From Clostridium sp. CAG:169 (GTDB taxonomy: Bacteria > Bacillota > Clostridia > Oscillospirales > Ruminococcaceae): a DNA stretch of 51,883 bases. Below are positions 45,585 to 51,883 of the stretch, in pieces. The stretch's first letter is position 1; the number at the start of each line of letters is the position of its first letter. A program made the position numbers and the translations under genes. The notes beneath the pieces are model-generated. The model worked only from the letters and a program-made list of their open reading frames with translations. It ran no database searches and was not told the DNA's origin. The stretch covers positions 29,610 to 81,492 of the forward strand of contig FR880304.1 of NCBI GenBank assembly GCA_000435195.1. The letters are read 5' to 3'.

Positions 45585-46937
45585 ATGGTTTATAATACGT
45601 TCATAAAATGTCAGGTTTGCGGAAGTATTACCAGAGTCCGATTACAGGTTGGATGGCAAGAAGAACATCCTATTGTTGTGGCTTGCGGTAAATGTGGTAC
45701 TTCCTTATCTGGCAGCGTTAAGATAGGACAAAACCGACCGGGGCTAAAGTTTTCTTTTGACAATGCGGATGAAATCCCGGATGCTGAAGCTGATTACATG
45801 GTTGAATGCTCTGGTGAATTTCCGACCGTGAAACAAGGCAAAGCAGCGGAGTTGGAAGAAGTCGTCATTACGCCGTTTATCCGCTATATGAATCGTATGA
45901 AGACGGATGATTCATATGAGCAGTTCGGAAAAGCGGTATCACAGCTTAATGCAACAGAAAAGAAATGGAAGAGCTATAAAAGAATCATTGACCTCTTCAG
46001 AAATAATAGTGAATACCTTGTTCAGGAGATACAAAAGGAATTCTCCGGACAATACTTTCAGTGCAGAGATGAGTCTGAGGTATTGAGAGCTATTCATATG
46101 ATTGAGGTTCATGGGTTTTATTCTGCACTCAAAAAAGACATCTTGGATAATCTCTCTTTTAGTGCAGGAATTATGAAACTGGACTCTGTTCAGCTGAAGA
46201 GCTTAGTAGACTTCTTAAATTCACATGATGGTTATCATCTTGAGGAGCTACAGGATTTGATATATAAGGTCTATGATGATTTTATAAAAATATACCAGCG
46301 CCTTATTCCAGCTCTTGCATTACAGTATTGCAAAGAGGATGCTTTTGATCTTGAAGTTGAAGGTTCGACAACGAGTAGCTTTGATAGTGTAAAGCAGTTT
46401 TATTTGAATGTTTATGAAGCCCTTGGGAATCTGCTCGTTATCCCGGTCGCTCTTAATAACATAAAATACAGGGCTGATGTGAATTCGATGAATCCATTGG
46501 AAAAGAATGTGTCTTCATTGGAGGATTTTATAAAGCTCACAAAGGCATCAAGGTACCATTTCTGCTTGAACACAGAAGTCTACACCAATTTCTTGGATGT
46601 TGTAGTAAATGCAAAACTGAGAAATGCGATTGGACATAATGATGTTGAATATGACGCAGTCAGTCAGGTTATTACTTACATTCCGAATCCGAAAGACAGA
46701 ACCATAAAGAAAACGGAATACCTTCTCGAATTTGAAAATGAAGCGATGCACATGTTTCAGGCATTATTGGGTGTTTCAGAATACCTGTATCGCCTGAGAG
46801 AACTTTCACTTATGTATGACGGTAAAATACCACTTATGGTTAAGGAAAGAGCAAACTGGCCGAAAAAGATAGGCCGTAATGATCCGTGTCCATGTGGAAG
46901 CGGTAAAAAATACAAATTCTGTCATGGGAAGAATTAG
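45585..46937 (+). CDS. Zn-ribbon + putative HEPN + SEC-C motif protein
   Basis: CQVC...CGKC N-terminus, LRNAIGH (RxxxxH), [21 protein letters not shown]. Confidence 0.72.
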   Translation: MVYNTFIKCQVCGSITRVRLQVGWQEEHPIVVACGKCGTSLSGSVKIGQNRPGLKFSFDNADEIPDAEADYMVECSGEFPTVKQGKAAELEEVVITPFIRYMNRMKTDDSYEQFGKAVSQLNATEKKWKSYKRIIDLFRNNSEYLVQEIQKEFSGQYFQCRDESEVLRAIHMIEVHGFYSALKKDILDNLSFSAGIMKLDSVQLKSLVDFLNSHDGYHLEELQDLIYKVYDDFIKIYQRLIPALALQYCKEDAFDLEVEGSTTSSFDSVKQFYLNVYEALGNLLVIPVALNNIKYRADVNSMNPLEKNVSSLEDFIKLTKASRYHFCLNTEVYTNFLDVVVNAKLRNAIGHNDVEYDAVSQVITYIPNPKDRTIKKTEYLLEFENEAMHMFQALLGVSEYLYRLRELSLMYDGKIPLMVKERANWPKKIGRNDPCPCGSGKKYKFCHGKN

Positions 46938-47138
46938 GGTTGAGGCGATGGGATTTCAGACTTGTTCCCTCAGAGCGAAGTCTTGAAGCGGTCGGCAAAT
47001 CTGTGGATTTGCATATTATAGGTAGGAGCAAGGCCTTTGACCTGTTTCCGAGAACGTACAAGGGTAAAAATCGGTGTGTTTTATGAAAAAAACACGCTTT
47101 GATAAATTCCCGCGAACGAACGCGAATTTGGCTACACA

Positions 47139-47198
47139 CTTGACATCAAGATGAAGCAATCGAGCCATGTCGAGACGGTTGTTCTTTTATACAAATAG
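47139..47198 (+). other. Probable att junction containing a displaced rlmD/rumA 3' end
   Basis: 47166-47198 reads HVETVVLLYK*; imperfect inverted repeat CTTGACAT / ATGTCGAG. Confidence 0.7.
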
Positions 47199-47245
47199 AG
47201 GGGACAGTAATACAGCGTAAAACAGAAAGGGTTAAGTGGTAATAC

Positions 47246-48010
47246 ATGTTTGAACCTGGTTTGGAAATTGGTCAAATTCTGAAGAATACTGATATAATGG
47301 AGATATTTAAATGTGGAAATATGGGTGGTATGCGCCGCTCTAAAGCAACGAATAGCTTGGTTATTATTTCCGATTATACGAAAGGAATTTATCACGATAA
47401 ATGGATCGGTGGCGTACTTCATTACACTGGTATGGGGAAAAAAGGTGACCAAGATATTAATTGGGCTCAGAACGCGACTTTGGCCTCTTGTGGCAAAAAT
47501 GGCATTGATGTCCATCTGTTTGAGGTTATGAATAGGGGAGAATATATCTACTGTGGAAGAATTGAACTTGTAGATAAACCGTATACAGATATTCAACCAG
47601 ACGAAGACGGAATGGATAGAAAAGTCTGGATGTTTCCTATTCGCCCTGTGCCGGACAACGACGTTGAAAAGCCGAATATGTTTGTGTTTAAGGACATGGA
47701 TGATTACAAGGCGTACGGAAAAAATATTGATGAAGAATACAGAAGGATGCTTGCAGGACGCAAGAAATCTAAAAACAGAGAAATAAAGAAAACAGTGCCT
47801 GTGATTCCAACTACTTCAAATGGACTACTAATACACGTTGTCGAAATCCCTGCAGAGATAGTGGGGCAAAAAGTAAAGCATAAACTCTATGGAGAAGGAA
47901 CGATTAGTAGTATTGATGGAGCCAGCATTGTTGTTTTATTTGATTCTGTAGGGGAAAAGAAGTTGGGTTATGATATTTGCATAAAAAATAGATTGATTGA
48001 AATGATTTAA
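47246..48010 (+). CDS. SRA-like modified-base reader with C-terminal Tudor-like (PcrA/UvrD CTD-like) domain
   Basis: FKCGNMGGMRRS...YHDKW...HYTGMGKKGDQ...QN..L; C-terminal VGQKVKHKLYGEGTI...V.FDSVGEKKL. Confidence 0.68.
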   Translation: MFEPGLEIGQILKNTDIMEIFKCGNMGGMRRSKATNSLVIISDYTKGIYHDKWIGGVLHYTGMGKKGDQDINWAQNATLASCGKNGIDVHLFEVMNRGEYIYCGRIELVDKPYTDIQPDEDGMDRKVWMFPIRPVPDNDVEKPNMFVFKDMDDYKAYGKNIDEEYRRMLAGRKKSKNREIKKTVPVIPTTSNGLLIHVVEIPAEIVGQKVKHKLYGEGTISSIDGASIVVLFDSVGEKKLGYDICIKNRLIEMI

Positions 48011-48031
48011 CCCAGGAAAACTAAACCACCC

Positions 48032-48055
48032 CACCTGCCGACAGGCAGGTGTTTT
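48032..48055 (+). terminator. Intrinsic terminator between convergent genes
   Basis: CACCTGCC-GACA-GGCAGGTG-TTTT. Confidence 0.75.
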
Positions 48056-48070
48056 GTTGTGGATTAAAAA

Positions 48071-50731
48071 TCATTCAGTTTCCCGCAGGCGTTCCACGAT
48101 AGTCAATTTGGCAACGCTGTGGTAGATTCCTAACGGGACCAGAGAGCCCAGCAGGACAAACACCGGAAGCAAAAGGAAAATCGGCAGGATGGTGAAGCGG
48201 TAGGTGAAGAACCAGAAGAGATTTTCTACCGCGGAGCCGACCAGCGGTCCCATGAGCAGAGCAATCGCCAGCGAGAGCAGTGCGGCTCCGAGCGAGTAGC
48301 AAAGCCCTTCGTAGACCAGCATCTGTTTGAGCTGCCTGCCGGTCATGCCGACCGATTGCAGCATGGCAAATTCCCGCTTGCGGGTCAGGATGCCGGTGAG
48401 GATGGCATTGAAGAAGTTGAGGATGCCCACCAGCCCGATGATGAAGCTCAAGGTGCCGCCCAGCATCAGGAACATCGAGCGGAAGCTTTCAAACTGTGCA
48501 ACGTAGGTCGCCTTGCTTTCATAGTCGAACTGCGGGTTTTGATTTTCGGTGTAGTCGGCAAGGAAGCTTTCCATCGCGGCGTTTGCCTCGTCGGTGGTAT
48601 CAAAGGCGTAGAGCATGACCGAATCGGTGCCCGAGTCGGTGCAGAAGGTCTGGGCATTGAGGATAAATTCATCCGAACCGTAGTAGCGGTAGGAAAGGGA
48701 AGAAGGAACACAGACCAGCGCACAGACGGTGTAATCGACATCCCGCCAGCGTTTGGCGCGGGAGGCATAGCCGGCGACCGTATCCAGATTGGTCCCCTCG
48801 GGGAAAACCTCTCCGGTGAGCGGATTATAGTATTCCCACTCCTCCACATAGCGGATGGTGACGGTGTCGCCCAGCTTTGCCCAGTGGGAGTCGGGGTGTG
48901 GTTCGCCGTAATCATCATCGGAGTAGACAGCGGCAATCGAGCGGCTGCCGTCGGTGTACAGCGGCGAGAGGTCGCCCTCGAGCAGGCGCAGGCGGTCCAA
49001 TGCAAACGGCTCCATGCCGTACAGCTGAGCATCCTCGGCAATCAGACCCTCCTGATTTTTTTCCTCAAATTTAATCGCGCGGTCCATCTCCTCCCGGCTC
49101 ATCCACATACCGTGCAGGGTGCGGTAGTAGTCCTCGGTGATAAATTCCTGTGAAGGAAAGGTTCTGCCGTACACTCTGCCGCCTTCGGTGATGCCGCCCT
49201 GTGCTTCTACCTCGTCGATGACCGACTCTGGCAGCAGGGTGTCGCCTCCAAAGAGAGCGCCGGTCTGAAAATATTTGGCATCCGCCAGAACGAAATCGCT
49301 GGTGACAAAGTTGGCAAGATATTTGTCCATGTCAAAGCCATTGGTAAAGGTGACAGTGAGGTTGAGCAGGACGACAGCCAGCGACAGGGAGAGAACGGTG
49401 ACCACCGTTTTGGTGCGGTTGCGTCCCAGGTTGGATTTTGCCATTGAGAAGAGCGAAAGGTTTTTTACAGAACGTTTTTTCTTGCGCTTGATGTTGCTGC
49501 CCTCGGTGTAGCGGACGGCTTCCACCGGTGAAACCTTGGCGGCTATCTTTCCGGGACGGTAGCAGGAAAGCAGCACGGTGAAGAGGGAAAACAGCGAAGA
49601 AACGATGAAGATGGCAGGGTTGAGGGAAACCAGGCTGACGATGCCATCCAGACGGGAGATGATGACCGGTGTGAGCGCGCCGCCGACAAACCAGCCGCCC
49701 ACCAGACCGAGCGGGATGCCCAGCAGGCTGAGCAGCAGCGCCTGTAGACGGATCATGCGGGAAATCTGGGAAGGGGTGGTGCCGATGGTCTTGAGCAGAC
49801 CGTAGAAGCGGATGTCGTTTGCCACCGAAATCTGAAAGACGTTGTAGATAATCAGATAACCGGTGAAGACAATCAGCAGCAGCATGGCAGCAATGGCAAG
49901 GATGGTGCCGGGGTCGATGTTTTCTGCCAGCTGAGAGGCGCTGTATCCCCAGTTGACACCAGTGCGGATGTAGTTGTCTCCGTCAGCAGGGCTTTCATCC
50001 TGATAGCCGAAGTTGGCAAGCACCTGCTTCATATTCTGATCGATATTCAGAGAGTTTTTGAACATGACGTCCAGGTTCCAGCTGCCGGTCATTCCGTCTT
50101 TGGCTTGACCCGGGATGAGACCGACCTCATCATAGATTTGCTGGGCACGGCTGAGCGGGATGAGGATGTGGTTTGCTACCACTGCCTCGTCATATTCCCA
50201 CCAGCCGCACAGGGTGAAGGTCTGGGTGGTCGTATGACCGTCCACCGGAAAGGTGACGGTAAACTGTGCGCCAAGCTCAGGTTCTACCCCCAGCAGCTCC
50301 AGCACGCGGGTGTCGGTGGCAGCCTGGTTGGTTCCCTCCTGCGGCAGAGCGCCTTCGATGGGGTCGCAGTACATCCAGTGCGCCTGTGTAGCGTCCGAGT
50401 AACCGACCTCCACATGGGATTTGTTGAAGGGGATGTCGTCGGGCATTCCGACAAAGCGGCGCAATCCCCATTCCTGAATGAGCGGGTCGGTCTTGATCTG
50501 GTCAAACTGCTCCTCAGTCAGATATTTAAAGCTGCCGTGGTTCCAGCCGCCGCACTGGCGGAAGTTGGACTGCTGAAAGCCGTCGTTGATGGAAAGGGCA
50601 ATGGTGAACAGCGAGGTGAACAGCAGGGTGGTCAAAGCGATGGCAAATACCGCGATGAGGTTCCTGCTTTTGGATGCTTTGAGCTGCCGAAAGCTGAGCG
50701 TTCGGATGCAGCGTCTGTTTTTTACCTTCAT
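48071..50731 (-). CDS. FtsX/MacB-family ABC transporter permease
   Basis: Two FtsX-type repeats (YGLLKTIGTT; RKREFAMLQSVGMT), multiple TM helices. Confidence 0.93.
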   Translation of the reverse strand: MKVKNRRCIRTLSFRQLKASKSRNLIAVFAIALTTLLFTSLFTIALSINDGFQQSNFRQCGGWNHGSFKYLTEEQFDQIKTDPLIQEWGLRRFVGMPDDIPFNKSHVEVGYSDATQAHWMYCDPIEGALPQEGTNQAATDTRVLELLGVEPELGAQFTVTFPVDGHTTTQTFTLCGWWEYDEAVVANHILIPLSRAQQIYDEVGLIPGQAKDGMTGSWNLDVMFKNSLNIDQNMKQVLANFGYQDESPADGDNYIRTGVNWGYSASQLAENIDPGTILAIAAMLLLIVFTGYLIIYNVFQISVANDIRFYGLLKTIGTTPSQISRMIRLQALLLSLLGIPLGLVGGWFVGGALTPVIISRLDGIVSLVSLNPAIFIVSSLFSLFTVLLSCYRPGKIAAKVSPVEAVRYTEGSNIKRKKKRSVKNLSLFSMAKSNLGRNRTKTVVTVLSLSLAVVLLNLTVTFTNGFDMDKYLANFVTSDFVLADAKYFQTGALFGGDTLLPESVIDEVEAQGGITEGGRVYGRTFPSQEFITEDYYRTLHGMWMSREEMDRAIKFEEKNQEGLIAEDAQLYGMEPFALDRLRLLEGDLSPLYTDGSRSIAAVYSDDDYGEPHPDSHWAKLGDTVTIRYVEEWEYYNPLTGEVFPEGTNLDTVAGYASRAKRWRDVDYTVCALVCVPSSLSYRYYGSDEFILNAQTFCTDSGTDSVMLYAFDTTDEANAAMESFLADYTENQNPQFDYESKATYVAQFESFRSMFLMLGGTLSFIIGLVGILNFFNAILTGILTRKREFAMLQSVGMTGRQLKQMLVYEGLCYSLGAALLSLAIALLMGPLVGSAVENLFWFFTYRFTILPIFLLLPVFVLLGSLVPLGIYHSVAKLTIVERLRETE

Positions 50732-50743
50732 AACACACCCTCC

Positions 50744-51415
50744 TTATCGGCGCTCGACAATCTTGCCGTCCTCGATGCGGATGATGCGGTCGGCAAGCTG
50801 GGCAATCTCCTCGTTGTGGGTGATCATCATAATCGTTTGACCGTACTTCTGGCTCGTCACCTTGAGCAGACCCAGCACGTCCTGACTGGTTTTGGAGTCG
50901 AGGTTTCCGGTCGGCTCGTCGGCAAGGATGATGGCAGGCTTGGAAGCGAGCGCACGCGCGATGGCAACCCGCTGCTGCTGACCGCCGGAGAGGTTGTTGG
51001 GCAGATTTTCCAGCTTGCGCTCCAGACCCAGCGTTTCGATGATGCTGTCGATGTAGGAGGCATCGGGTGTCTTGCCGTCCAGCTGCACCGGCAGGACGAT
51101 GTTTTCATAGACATTCAGAACCGGCACCAGGTTGTAATTTTGAAAGACGAAGCCAATCTTTCTGCGGCGGAAGATGGTCAGCTCCTCATCCTTGAGGGAG
51201 AAGATTTCCTTGCCATCCACCTCGACACTGCCGCCGGTCGGGCGGTCCAGTCCGCCGAGCATATGCAGCAGGGTGGATTTGCCGGAGCCGGAGGTGCCGA
51301 CGATGGCAACAAACTCTCCCTTCTCCACCGAGAAGTTGACGCCGTCCAGCGCGTGGACCTCATTTTCGCCGGAGCCGTAAATTTTTGTCAGGTTGCTTGC
51401 CTGTAAAATTTTCAT
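50744..51415 (-). CDS. ABC transporter ATP-binding protein (LolD/MacB-like)
   Basis: GTSGSGKST, LSGGQQQR, ILADEPTGNLD, ITH. Confidence 0.96.
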   Translation of the reverse strand: MKILQASNLTKIYGSGENEVHALDGVNFSVEKGEFVAIVGTSGSGKSTLLHMLGGLDRPTGGSVEVDGKEIFSLKDEELTIFRRRKIGFVFQNYNLVPVLNVYENIVLPVQLDGKTPDASYIDSIIETLGLERKLENLPNNLSGGQQQRVAIARALASKPAIILADEPTGNLDSKTSQDVLGLLKVTSQKYGQTIMMITHNEEIAQLADRIIRIEDGKIVERR

Positions 51416-51429
51416 ACCAAATACCTCCA

Positions 51430-51540
51430 TAAAAAAATCTGTATGTAAAGATAACGTTGATCCTTGCATACAGATTATCGCATATCAATCTTTCCACAAT
51501 CTTTCCAGAAGTCAAAAGAATCTTACAGTTTTATAAGATT
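51430..51540 (-). promoter_or_regulatory. Response-regulator-controlled ABC promoter region
   Basis: Palindrome AATCTTACA-N4-TATAAGATT (51519-51540), tandem AATCTTTCCA repeats, TGnGATAAT -10, terminator-like hairpin. Confidence 0.55.
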
Positions 51541-51883
51541 TGGGCAGAGCGCGGCAGAAAAACGGAAAAGGTGGAGCCGGTGCCCACTTCGGAGTGCAAC
51601 TTGATATAGCCGCCCTGGTCGCTGATGATTTTTCTTGCCAGGTACAGTCCGATGCCGACCCCTTCCTCTTCGCACACCGCCTGGGAGCGATAGAAGCGGG
51701 AGAAGATTTTGGGCTGCTCGGCTTCTGCAATGCCGATGCCGGTGTCGGTCACGTCCACGCGGGCAAACAGCTCGTACAGCTGCACACCGACGCAGATGCT
51801 GCCCGATTCGGTGTACTTGATGGCATTGTCCACCAGGTTACCCAGCGCCTCGGCAGTCCATTTGCCATCAAAATCAGCGGCAG
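51531..51883 (-). CDS. Sensor histidine kinase, C-terminal HATPase part (partial)
   Basis: NLVDNAIKYT, DTGIGI, IFSRFYR, GVGIGL, GGYI...GSTF. Confidence 0.93.
   Translation of the reverse strand, partial: AADFDGKWTAEALGNLVDNAIKYTESGSICVGVQLYELFARVDVTDTGIGIAEAEQPKIFSRFYRSQAVCEEEGVGIGLYLARKIISDQGGYIKLHSEVGTGSTFSVFLPRSAQIL

Larger units (their letters stand above)
1..47175 (-). mobile_element. Temperate siphovirus prophage with defence cargo; left end outside the window
   Basis: Complete co-oriented lysis-tail-head-packaging-replication-immunity gene order; rlmD-type att-like sequence at 47139-47198. Confidence 0.93.

Noticed and set aside
50105..51406. 433-aa plus-strand ORF
   Set aside because: Antisense shadow of the GC-rich ABC ATPase and permease genes

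Overview
Most of this window (1 to about 47,175) is a Firmicutes (Clostridia-like) temperate siphovirus prophage read on the minus strand. Its modules are lysis (GH25 endolysin, holin), tail (GH18 hydrolase, LamG-Tal, Dit, tape measure, frameshifted chaperone), HK97-type head, and cos/HNH/terminase packaging with an inserted MTase plus small-gene cassette. These are followed by replication genes (SNF2 helicase, VRR-NUC, a frameshift-broken P4-type primase, PolA, SSB, Cas4-like nuclease), a phage sigma-like factor and an HTH/ImmA switch. The right end is a defence island: a kinase/GNAT-EVE/ASCH operon transcribed divergently from an Xre-HTH, type I RM (with a DUF4357-like gene between hsdM and hsdS), a GmrSD-like type IV nuclease and a Zn-ribbon/HEPN/SEC-C protein. 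A displaced rlmD (rumA) 3' end at about 47,140-47,198 marks the probable att junction. Beyond it lie an SRA-Tudor gene and a host ABC transporter with a partial histidine kinase. The integrase is not in the window. All family calls come from motif recognition and synteny, not database searches.
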